In this document: piece by piece, positions 9,317 through 25,103 of the stretch
Position numbering within the stretch: the first letter of the stretch is position 1
Layout: the number at the start of each line of letters is the position of its first letter
Assembly (NCBI GenBank): GCA_036387195.1
Contig: DASVUF010000006.1
Span: forward strand, 294-64,293
DNA length: 64,000 nucleotides
DNA from: Pyrinomonadaceae bacterium
GTDB lineage: Bacteria > Acidobacteriota > Blastocatellia > Pyrinomonadales > Pyrinomonadaceae
Reading direction: 5' to 3'
Program-made: the position numbers and the translations under genes
Notes under the pieces: generated by a model
Databases searched by the model: none
What the model was told of the DNA's origin: nothing
The model's input: the letters and a program-made list of their open reading frames with translations, nothing else

Positions 9317-12300
9317 ATGCAGACGACTATCGCAGAGGGCTTCGGGCTCTCGCCCCAGCAGCGGCGGCTGTGGTCGCTGATGGGCCGGGGCGGCGGCGCG
9401 GCCTACCGCGTGCAGTGCGCCGTGCTGGTCGAAGGGCCGCTCGGCGCGCCGGCCCTGAAGGCGGCGCTCGAAGCCGTGGCGGCGCGCCACGAAATCCTGC
9501 GCACGAGCTTCCACCTGCTGCCCGGCCTGAACGTGCCCGTCCAGGTCATCGGCGAGGGCGGGGTCGAGTGGGGGCCTGAGGTCGAGCTGTCGGACGCCCC
9601 CGCGCCCGAGCAACAGGCGGCCGTCGAAAGCATGTTCGCGACGCTGAAGGGCGCGCCGCCCGACCCCGCCCGGGGGCCGCTCGTGCGCGCCTCCCTGCTG
9701 CGTCTGGGGCCGGGAAAGAAAATCCTTCTGCTGGACCTGCCGGCCCTCTGCGCCGACGCGGCGAGCATGCACATCCTGCTCGGCGAGTTGGCGAGCGCCG
9801 TCTCCGCGCCCGCCGACTTCGCCGCGGCCGACGCCCCCGCACAGTACGCGGACGTCTCCGAGTACTTGTCGCAGCTTCTCGAAGACGGGGGGCCCGGCCT
9901 CGACTATTGGCAGGCTTTCAACCTCGCGGAGCTGGCCGCGCGCCGGCCGCACTTCGCGCGCCGGTCGGCCGAGGCCGGGGACTTCCAGACGCGGCGCATC
10001 AGCAGGGGGCTCGCGCCCGGCCTGGCGGCGCGGGTCGAAGGCGCCGCGCGCGCCCACGGCTCCACGCCCGAGCTGTTCCTGCTGGCCTGCTGGCACGCGC
10101 TGCTGTGGCGGGTCACGGGTTGGGGCGAGGTGGTCGTCGGCGTCGCCTTCGACGGCCGGCGGCTCGAAGGGCTCGCCGGCGTGCCCGGCGCCCTCGCCAA
10201 GCACCTCCCGCTCGACGCGAGGCCCGAGGCGGGGGCGAGCTTCGCGCGGCTGCTCACGCAGGTCGGCGAGCGCGCCGCGGCGCACGGCCAGTGGCAGGAC
10301 TTCTTCGACTGGGGCGCCGCCGAGACGAAGGAGGCTTACCTGCCGCTGTGCTACGACTACGCGGAACTCGGCGCGCGGCGTCGGGCGGGCGACGCAGCCC
10401 TGTCCGCGCTCAGCCTCAGCTCACACGGCGAGCGCTTCGACCTCAAGCTCTCCTGCGTCAGGAGAGACGGCGAGCTGTCCGCGGAGTTCTACTTCGACCC
10501 GCGGCGGTGCGAGGCGCGCGTCGTCGAGTGTCTGGCGGAAGAGTTCGCCGCGCTGGCCGAGAACGCCGCGGCGGCCCCCGGGACGCCGCTCGCCGAGCTG
10601 AGCATGCTCGACGCGCCGACGCGCCGGCGGCTGCTCGGCGAGTTCAACCGCACGGCGGCGCCCGTCCCCGGCGCGATGTACGTCCACCGGATGATAGAAG
10701 AGCAGGCGCGGCTGAAGCCGGGCGCGGAGGCCGTCGTCTGCGGCGGCGAGCGTCTGAGCTACGCCGAGTTGAACGAGCGCGCCAACCGGCTGGCGCATCA
10801 CCTCGCGGCCCGCGGGGTCGGGCCCGACGTGCTCGTCGGCCTCTGCTTCGAGCGTTCGGCCTCCATGCTCGTGGCGATGCTCGGCGTGCTCAAGGCGGGC
10901 GGCGCCTACCTGCCCTTAGACCCCTCGTACCCGCGCGAGCGCCTCGCCTTCATGGTCGATGACGCGCGCCTCGAACTGCTCGTCACCGAGGGGCGGCTGG
11001 CGGAGCGGCTGGAACCGTGCGCGGCCGACCTCGTGCTTCTCGACGAAGCGCGCGCGGCGCTCGCCGGGCAGGGCGACGAGAACCCGGCCGTCGCCCTGCG
11101 GGACGAAAACCTCGCCTACGTCATCTACACGTCGGGCTCGACGGGGCGGCCCAAGGGCGTGATGGTGACGCACGGCGGGCTGCTGAATTATGTGAGTTGG
11201 AGCCGCCGCGCCTACCGCGTCGCGGAGGGGCGCGGCGCCGCCGTCTCTTCGTCCTTCGCCTTCGACCTGACGGTCACTGCGCTCTTCCCGCCGCTCGCCG
11301 AGGGGCGCGGCCTCGTCCTGCTCGGCGAAGACGCCACGGGCGAGCTGCTGGCGGACGCGCTCCGGGGCCGGCCCGACTTCAGCCTCATCAAGATAACCCC
11401 CGCCCACCTCAAGCTGCTCTCGCTACTGCTCGCGCCGCAGGAGTTGGAGGGGGCCACGCGCGCGCTGGTCGTCGGCGGCGAGGCGCTGCACGCCGAAAGC
11501 CTCGCCCCCTGGCGCGAGCACGCCCCCGCGACCAGAATCATCAACGAGTACGGCCCGACCGAGACGGTCGTCGGCTGCTGCGTCTACGAGGTCGGCGACG
11601 GGGCCGAACGCCACGGCCCCGTCCCCATCGGCCGCCCCATCGCCAACACGCAGGTCTACGTGCTCGACGGGCGGATGGAGCCGGCGCCGCCGCTGGCGGC
11701 GGGCGAGATTTATATCGGCGGGGCCGGCGTCGCCCGCGGCTACCTCGACCGCCCGGCGCTGACGGCCGAGCGGTTCGTCCCCGACCCGTTCTCGTCGGAG
11801 GGGGGTGCGCGGCTCTACCGCACGGGCGACCTCGGGAGGCACGGCGCCGACGGCGCCATCGAATTCCTCGGCCGCCGCGACGAGCAGGTCAAGGTCAAGG
11901 GCTACCGCATCGAGCCGGGCGAAATCGAGGCCGCGCTGTGCGAGGCGCCCGAGGTGCGCGAGGCCGTCGTCGTCGCGCGTGAAGAGTCGGGCGAGAAGCA
12001 ACTCGTGGGCTACGTGACGCTGCGCGCGGGGGCCGCCTCGGGCGCCGCCGAACTGCGCAGGCGCCTGCGGCGCAAGCTGCCGGAGCACATGATTCCCGCC
12101 GCCTTCGTCATCCTCGGCAGGCTGCCGCTCACGCCCAACGGGAAGGTGGATCGCGGGGCGCTGCCGGAGCCCGACATGACGCGCCCCGAACACGACGCGG
12201 GCTACGCCGCGCCGCGGACGCCGACCGAGCAACTGCTCGCCGAGCTGTGGGCCAGGGCGCTCGGCCAGGAGCGCGTCGGCGTCCACGACAACTTCTTCGA

Positions 12301-13909
12301 GATAGGCGGCGACTCCATCCTCAGCATCCAAATTGCCAACCGCGCCCACGCGGCGGGCGTGCGTCTCACGCCGCGACAAATCTTCCAGCACCGCACCGTC
12401 GCGGAACTCGCCGCCGTGGTGGAGCCGGTGCGGGAGGCCGGCCCAGAGGCGGGCGGCGGCCGCGACGAGCAGGGCGTGGCGCGGGACGCGCCGCTGACGC
12501 CGATACAGCACTGGTTCTTCGAGCAGCGGCTCCCCGAGCCGCACCACTGGAACCAGTCGGTCATGCTCGAAGTCCGCCACCCGCTCGACCCCTCCGTCAT
12601 CGAGGAGGCGTGGCGGCGCCTGGTGGCGCAGCACGACGCTCTGCGCCTGCGCTTCGAGGCCGCGGACGGCGGCTGGCGTCAGCGCTGCCTGCCGCCGGGC
12701 GAGGGCGAGGGCGGGCTGCTGGCGCGCGCGTCTCTGGCCTCGACGCCGGAGGCCGAGCAGGAGGAGGCGCTGGCGTCGTTCGCCGCCTCGTTCCAGCGGA
12801 CGCTCGACCTCGGCGCCGGCCCGGTCGTGCGCGCCGCCTTCATCGAACTCGGCGGGCGGCGTCCTCCGCGCCTGCTGATAGCCGCGCACCACCTCTGCGT
12901 GGACATCGTCTCCTGGGGCGTCCTGCTCGACGGGCTCAACTCGGCCTGCGCGCAACTGACGCGCGGCGCCGAGGTGACGCTGCCGCCGAAGACGACGACG
13001 TTCGCGGCGTGGGCGGCGCGGCTCGAAGAGTACGCGAAGTCGGGGCGGCTGCGGGACGAGCTGAGCTACTGGGCGGCCGACGAGCGGCGCTGGGCCCCGC
13101 GCCTCCCGGTGGACTACCCCTCCGGCGCGAACACGGAGGAGTCTTCGCGGACGCTGTGGGCGTCGCTCGACGAGGAGCGGACGCGGGCGCTCTTGCAGGA
13201 TGTCCCGAAGGTCTACCGCACGATGATTAACGACGTGCTGCTGACGGCCCTCGTCCAGTCGTTCTCCGCGCGGACGCGCGCGCGCTCGCTGCTGGTGGAC
13301 CTGGAGAACCACGGGCGCGAAGACCTCTTCGACGACGTTGACCTGTCGCGCACCGTCGGCTGGTTCACGTGCATCTTCCCGCTGGTGCTCGACCTCGGCG
13401 AGGCGGCGGGCCTCGGGCAAGTCATCAAGTCTGTGAAGGAGCAAGTGCGGAGCGTCCCGGCCGGCGGCGTCGGCTACGGGCTGCTGCGCTACATGAGCGG
13501 CGACGCCGAGGCGGCGAGGCGGCTGCGCGAGCTGCCGCAGGCCGAACTCTGCTTCAACTACGTCGGGCGCGGCGGGAGGGGCGCGTCGGGCGACGAGCCG
13601 TTCGCCGCGCTCGAAGGCCCGACGGGGCCGACGAAGAGCCCGCGCGGCGCGCGGCGCTACCTCATCGAGATTAACGGCGGGGTCGCGGGCGGGCGGCTGC
13701 GCGTGGCGTGGACGTACAGCGAGAACGTGCACCGGCGCGAGACGGTCGAGGGGTTCGCGGCCGGCTTCATCCGGGCGCTGGAGGCCATCGTCGACCACTG
13801 CCTCTCGCCGGAGGCCGGCGGCTTCACGCCCTCGGATTTCGCGCTCGCCGGCGTCAGCCAGAGTGAACTCGACAGCCTCGTGGCTGAACTCGGCGGGTAC
13901 AAGGAGTAG
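9317..13909 (+). CDS. NRPS module: His-less C-like domain - A (Asn/Asp-like code) - PCP - epimerase
   Basis: The N-terminal ~430 aa have a C fold, but the HHxxxDG site reads 'LPALCADAAS' (9731-9766). A domain 'LAYVIYTSGSTGRPKG', 'NEYGPTE', 'YRTGDL', 'PLTPNGKVDR'. By-eye specificity residues are D-L-T-K-V-G-E-V-G-K. PCP 'FFEIGGDSILS' (Ser 12314-12316). E domain 'AAHHLCVDIVSW' (His 12887-12892). Confidence 0.93.
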   Translation: MQTTIAEGFGLSPQQRRLWSLMGRGGGAAYRVQCAVLVEGPLGAPALKAALEAVAARHEILRTSFHLLPGLNVPVQVIGEGGVEWGPEVELSDAPAPEQQAAVESMFATLKGAPPDPARGPLVRASLLRLGPGKKILLLDLPALCADAASMHILLGELASAVSAPADFAAADAPAQYADVSEYLSQLLEDGGPGLDYWQAFNLAELAARRPHFARRSAEAGDFQTRRISRGLAPGLAARVEGAARAHGSTPELFLLACWHALLWRVTGWGEVVVGVAFDGRRLEGLAGVPGALAKHLPLDARPEAGASFARLLTQVGERAAAHGQWQDFFDWGAAETKEAYLPLCYDYAELGARRRAGDAALSALSLSSHGERFDLKLSCVRRDGELSAEFYFDPRRCEARVVECLAEEFAALAENAAAAPGTPLAELSMLDAPTRRRLLGEFNRTAAPVPGAMYVHRMIEEQARLKPGAEAVVCGGERLSYAELNERANRLAHHLAARGVGPDVLVGLCFERSASMLVAMLGVLKAGGAYLPLDPSYPRERLAFMVDDARLELLVTEGRLAERLEPCAADLVLLDEARAALAGQGDENPAVALRDENLAYVIYTSGSTGRPKGVMVTHGGLLNYVSWSRRAYRVAEGRGAAVSSSFAFDLTVTALFPPLAEGRGLVLLGEDATGELLADALRGRPDFSLIKITPAHLKLLSLLLAPQELEGATRALVVGGEALHAESLAPWREHAPATRIINEYGPTETVVGCCVYEVGDGAERHGPVPIGRPIANTQVYVLDGRMEPAPPLAAGEIYIGGAGVARGYLDRPALTAERFVPDPFSSEGGARLYRTGDLGRHGADGAIEFLGRRDEQVKVKGYRIEPGEIEAALCEAPEVREAVVVAREESGEKQLVGYVTLRAGAASGAAELRRRLRRKLPEHMIPAAFVILGRLPLTPNGKVDRGALPEPDMTRPEHDAGYAAPRTPTEQLLAELWARALGQERVGVHDNFFEIGGDSILSIQIANRAHAAGVRLTPRQIFQHRTVAELAAVVEPVREAGPEAGGGRDEQGVARDAPLTPIQHWFFEQRLPEPHHWNQSVMLEVRHPLDPSVIEEAWRRLVAQHDALRLRFEAADGGWRQRCLPPGEGEGGLLARASLASTPEAEQEEALASFAASFQRTLDLGAGPVVRAAFIELGGRRPPRLLIAAHHLCVDIVSWGVLLDGLNSACAQLTRGAEVTLPPKTTTFAAWAARLEEYAKSGRLRDELSYWAADERRWAPRLPVDYPSGANTEESSRTLWASLDEERTRALLQDVPKVYRTMINDVLLTALVQSFSARTRARSLLVDLENHGREDLFDDVDLSRTVGWFTCIFPLVLDLGEAAGLGQVIKSVKEQVRSVPAGGVGYGLLRYMSGDAEAARRLRELPQAELCFNYVGRGGRGASGDEPFAALEGPTGPTKSPRGARRYLIEINGGVAGGRLRVAWTYSENVHRRETVEGFAAGFIRALEAIVDHCLSPEAGGFTPSDFALAGVSQSELDSLVAELGGYKE

Positions 13910-13911
13910 GT

Positions 13912-21102
<7,191 letters not shown>

Positions 21103-21166
21103 CGCGGGCGGGGCCGGCGCGCGGGCGCAAGGGGCCGTTCCAGTAACCAGCATCATGTGAGGGGCA

Positions 21167-22522
21167 ATGGCACAAGCAATCCAAGTCGAAAAATCATCCG
21201 GCCGCGGGATGTGGGGGTTCACCGTAATGTGGTTCGGGCAGACCGTCTCGATGCTCGGGACGGACCTGACCGCCTTCGCGCTCGGCGTGTGGATTTATCA
21301 GAACACGGGCTCGGTGACGCAGTACTCGCTCATCATCCTCTGCGCCAAGCTGCCGAGCATCGCGCTGGCGCCCATCGCCGGCGCCATCATCGACCGCCAC
21401 GACCGCCGCTGGCTGATGATTCTCAGCAACGCCTGCGCGGCGCTCTGCACGATGACGCTCTCGCTGCTCTTCTATCAGGGCTGGCTGAGGCTCTGGCACA
21501 TCTGCGTGGTGATGGTCGTGCTCTCGATGTCCGAGTCCATCCTGCGCCCGGCCTTCAACGCCTCGGTCTCGCTGCTCGTGCCGAAGCGCCACCTCGGCCG
21601 CGCCAGCGGGATGGTGCAGTCCGGCCAGGCCGCGGCGCAAATCCTCGCGCCGCTGATGGCCGGCGTCCTCATCACCACCATCCAGATGCAGGGCGTGCTG
21701 GTCATAGACTTCTTCACGTACGTCGTCGCCACGGCGGCGCTGCTCGTCGTCCGCATCCCGTCGCCGGAGACGACGGCCGAGACGGCGGCCGCGAAGGGCT
21801 CGCTGCTGCGCGAGGCGGCCTTCGGCTGGAAGTACGTCATCGCCCGGCCCGGCATCTTCGCCCTGCTCGGCTTCCTGGCCGTCACCAACTTCATCGTGTC
21901 GGTCTCCAACATCCTCATCACGCCGTTGGTGCTCAGCTTCGCCGACCCGAGGACCTTCGGCATTGTGCTGTCGGTGACGGGGACGGGCGTTCTGGTGGGC
22001 GGCCTCGTCATGAGCCTCTGGGGGGGGCCGAAGCGCCGCATCTACGGCGTCGTCTTCTACGGCGTCGTGCAGGGCGTGTCGCTCATCTTCCAGGGGCTCT
22101 GGCCGAGCGCCGTGCTCATCACCGCGGCGCTCTTCTTCGCGGCCTTCAGCGCGCCCGTCATGAACGCGAGCTTCGTCCCCATCCTCCAGAGCAAGACCCC
22201 GCCCGACGTGCAGGGGCGCGTGTTCGCCGCCGTGCGGCTGATGTCGTGGGGCTCGGTGCCCATCGCCTACCTGCTGGCCGGCCCGCTCTCCGACAGGGTC
22301 TTCGAGCCGCTCATGGCGGCGGGCGGCCCGCTGGCCGGCAGCGTCGGGCGGCTCATCGGGACGGGGCCGGGCCGCGGCATCGCGCTGCTCTACATGCTTA
22401 TGGGGGTGGTCATGCTGCTGGCGACGCTGCGCACCTACCTCTACCCGCGGGTGCGTAATATCGAGAACGAGATGGCCGACGCTATCCCCGACGAGGAGCC
22501 GGCCGTCGCCGCCGGGGGGTGA
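21167..22522 (+). CDS. MFS transporter (EntS/macrolide-efflux-like exporter)
   Basis: Hydrophobic profile of about 12 TM segments. MFS loop motif 'GAIIDRHDRRWLM'. It lies directly downstream of the TE-containing NRPS. Confidence 0.8.
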   Translation: MAQAIQVEKSSGRGMWGFTVMWFGQTVSMLGTDLTAFALGVWIYQNTGSVTQYSLIILCAKLPSIALAPIAGAIIDRHDRRWLMILSNACAALCTMTLSLLFYQGWLRLWHICVVMVVLSMSESILRPAFNASVSLLVPKRHLGRASGMVQSGQAAAQILAPLMAGVLITTIQMQGVLVIDFFTYVVATAALLVVRIPSPETTAETAAAKGSLLREAAFGWKYVIARPGIFALLGFLAVTNFIVSVSNILITPLVLSFADPRTFGIVLSVTGTGVLVGGLVMSLWGGPKRRIYGVVFYGVVQGVSLIFQGLWPSAVLITAALFFAAFSAPVMNASFVPILQSKTPPDVQGRVFAAVRLMSWGSVPIAYLLAGPLSDRVFEPLMAAGGPLAGSVGRLIGTGPGRGIALLYMLMGVVMLLATLRTYLYPRVRNIENEMADAIPDEEPAVAAGG

Positions 22523-22597
22523 GCCGCCGCCGCCGCGCGGCGCGCGCCCCGGCGCGCCCCGGCGGGCGGGACCGTCACACAGCGAAGGAGAGGAAGC

Positions 22598-25048
22598 ATG
22601 CGTATATTCTGGCAGGACGTCCGCTTCGCCATGCGCTCGATGCTGACGAGCTACGTCTTCACGGGCGTGGCCATCATTACCCTGGCCCTCGGGATAGGGG
22701 CCAACACGGCGCTCTTCTCGGTCGCCAGCGGGGTCCTCCTGCGCTCGCTGCCGTTCGCCGAGCCCGAGCGCATCGTCTTCGTCTGGATCAGCAACCCGCG
22801 CCGGCAGATGGACGTCAACAAGCTCCCGGCGCCGGCCGCCGACTTCCTCGACTGGCGCGCCCAGAACCGCAGCTTCGACAAGATGTCGGCTTTCTATTCG
22901 AGCCCGTTCACGCTGACGGGGGCCGCCGCGCCCGAACGCATCGAGGCCGTGCGGGCGACCGCCGACTTCTTCGACGTCCTCGGCGCGAAGGCCGCGAAGG
23001 GGCGCACCTTCATCGCCGGCGAAGACCGGCCGGGGAACGACCGCGTCGTCATCCTCAGCGACGGCTTCTGGAAGCGCCGCTTCGGGGCCGACCCGGCCGT
23101 CGTCGGCAAGACGCTGACGCTCGACGGCGCCCCCCACGAGGTCATCGGCGTCATGCCCGAAGAGTTCAACTTCCCGCAGGGGCCGTCCATGCCGCCCTAC
23201 CTCCAGTTCCCGCTGCGGCCCGAGCTGTGGGCGCCGCTCTCCTTCAGCGACGAGGCGGCGGGCAACCGGCGCACGTTCAACCTCGCCACCATCGCGCGGC
23301 TCAAGCCGGGCGTCACGGTGGCGCAGGCGCAGTCCGACATGAGCGGCGTCGCCGCGGGCATAGACCAGCAGTACAGGAAGAGTTCCGGCTACGGCACGGA
23401 CCTCGTCGAGATGCGCGAGCAACTGGTGGGCGACGTGCGGACGGCGCTGCTGGTGCTGCTCGTCGCCGCCGGGCTGGTGCTGCTCGTCTCGTGCGTGAAC
23501 GTCTCGAACCTGCTGCTGGCGCGCTCGGCGCGGCGTCAGCAGGAGATGGCCCTGCGCTCGGCGCTCGGCGCGCGGCGCGGCCGCCTCGTGCGGCAGTTGC
23601 TCACGGAGAGCGTCGTGCTCGCGCTGGTGGGCGGCGTGCTGGGGCTGCTGCTGGCGAACTGGGGCACGCAACTGCTGCTGTCCATGAGCCCGAGCAGCAT
23701 CCCGAACGCCGGCGAGATCGGCATTGACGCGCGCGTGCTCGGCTTCACGTTCGCGGCCGTTCTGCTGGCCGGCGTCGTCTCCGGCATCCTGCCGGCGCTC
23801 CAGGCCTCGCGCACGGACCTCAACTCGCTGCTGCGCGGCGAGGGGCGCGGCTCGACGCCGGGCGCGCGCAGCCGGCGCGTGCGCAACCTGCTCGTCACGG
23901 CCGAGGTCGGCCTCGCGCTGCTGCTCCTCATCGGGGCGGGCCTGCTCGCGCGCAGCTACATGCTGCTGAATCAGGTCAAGCTCGGCTTCGACCCCGACAA
24001 GGCGCTCACGATGCATTTCGTCCTGCCCGATTACAAGTACACGGAAGACCGGATGAGCCTCGCCTTCTTCGACCAACTGCTGCCCCGGCTGGCGGCGGCG
24101 CCCGGCGTCGAGTCGGTCGGCCTCGTCTCGAACCTCCCCCTGAGCGGGGCGGCCACGAGCATCACCTTCACCATCGAGGGGCAGCCGCCCCCCTCGCCGC
24201 AGGACCGCCCGCTCGCCGACTACACCCTCGTCACGCCCGGCTTCTTCGACGCGCTCCGCATCCCGGTCGTGCGCGGCCGCCCCTTCGGCGATCAGGACAC
24301 GGCCACGTCGCCCGGCGTCGTCCTCATCAACGAGGCGATGGCCAGGCGCTACTGGCCGGGCGAGGACGCGGTCGGGAAGACCATCTCCGTGTCGGGCGGG
24401 AAGTACGCGGGGCGGCGGCAGGTCGTCGGGGTCGTGTCCAACGTCAGGCGCGCGTCGCTGAGCGACGAGCCGCGCCCCGAGATGTACGTGCCCTACGCGC
24501 AGCAGCCGGAGAGGTACGTCTACATGGTCGTGCGCACGCGCGAGAACCCGCTCGGCCTCGCGCCGGTCGTGCGGGGCGAGGTGCTGGCGATAGACAGGGA
24601 CCAGCCGGTCACGCAAGTCCGGACGATGGCGCAGGTGGTCACCGACTCCGAGTCGAGGAGGCGGTTCAACCTCCTGTTGATGTGCCTGTTCGCGGGGCTG
24701 GCCCTTGTGCTCGCCCTCGTCGGCATCTACGGCGTGGTGGCCTATTCCGTTACGCAGCGCGCGCACGAGATAGGGATTCGCATGGCCCTCGGCGCCAGAC
24801 CCGGGGCGGTCGTGCGGCTCATCGTCAGGCAGGGGATGTTCCCGGCCCTCGTCGGCACCGTCGGCGGGCTGCTCACCGCCTACGCCCTGACGCGCGTCAT
24901 GTCGAGCATGCTCTACGAAGTCAGCGCCACCGACCCGGCCGTCTTCGTGTGCGCCTCGGCGGCCCTGCTGCTGGTCGCGCTGCTCGCCATCTACCTGCCC
25001 GCGCGCAGGATTACCAAGATTGACCCGGTGACCGTGCTGCGCGAGTAG
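22598..25048 (+). CDS. ADOP-family duplicated MacB/FtsX-type ABC permease (no cognate ATPase adjacent)
   Basis: N-terminus 'MRIFWQDVRFAMRSM...LALGIGANTALFSV'. Two FtsX-type blocks: 'VNVSNLLLARSARRQQEMALRSALGA' and 'GIYGVVAYSVTQRAHEIGIRMALGA'. Large periplasmic domains follow TM1 and TM5. Confidence 0.85.
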   Translation: MRIFWQDVRFAMRSMLTSYVFTGVAIITLALGIGANTALFSVASGVLLRSLPFAEPERIVFVWISNPRRQMDVNKLPAPAADFLDWRAQNRSFDKMSAFYSSPFTLTGAAAPERIEAVRATADFFDVLGAKAAKGRTFIAGEDRPGNDRVVILSDGFWKRRFGADPAVVGKTLTLDGAPHEVIGVMPEEFNFPQGPSMPPYLQFPLRPELWAPLSFSDEAAGNRRTFNLATIARLKPGVTVAQAQSDMSGVAAGIDQQYRKSSGYGTDLVEMREQLVGDVRTALLVLLVAAGLVLLVSCVNVSNLLLARSARRQQEMALRSALGARRGRLVRQLLTESVVLALVGGVLGLLLANWGTQLLLSMSPSSIPNAGEIGIDARVLGFTFAAVLLAGVVSGILPALQASRTDLNSLLRGEGRGSTPGARSRRVRNLLVTAEVGLALLLLIGAGLLARSYMLLNQVKLGFDPDKALTMHFVLPDYKYTEDRMSLAFFDQLLPRLAAAPGVESVGLVSNLPLSGAATSITFTIEGQPPPSPQDRPLADYTLVTPGFFDALRIPVVRGRPFGDQDTATSPGVVLINEAMARRYWPGEDAVGKTISVSGGKYAGRRQVVGVVSNVRRASLSDEPRPEMYVPYAQQPERYVYMVVRTRENPLGLAPVVRGEVLAIDRDQPVTQVRTMAQVVTDSESRRRFNLLLMCLFAGLALVLALVGIYGVVAYSVTQRAHEIGIRMALGARPGAVVRLIVRQGMFPALVGTVGGLLTAYALTRVMSSMLYEVSATDPAVFVCASAALLLVALLAIYLPARRITKIDPVTVLRE

Positions 25049-25103
25049 CGGGGGCGGCGCCGGCGAGGCGCGCGGAAAAATTCCTGAGGGCTGGGGGAGG
25101 AAA

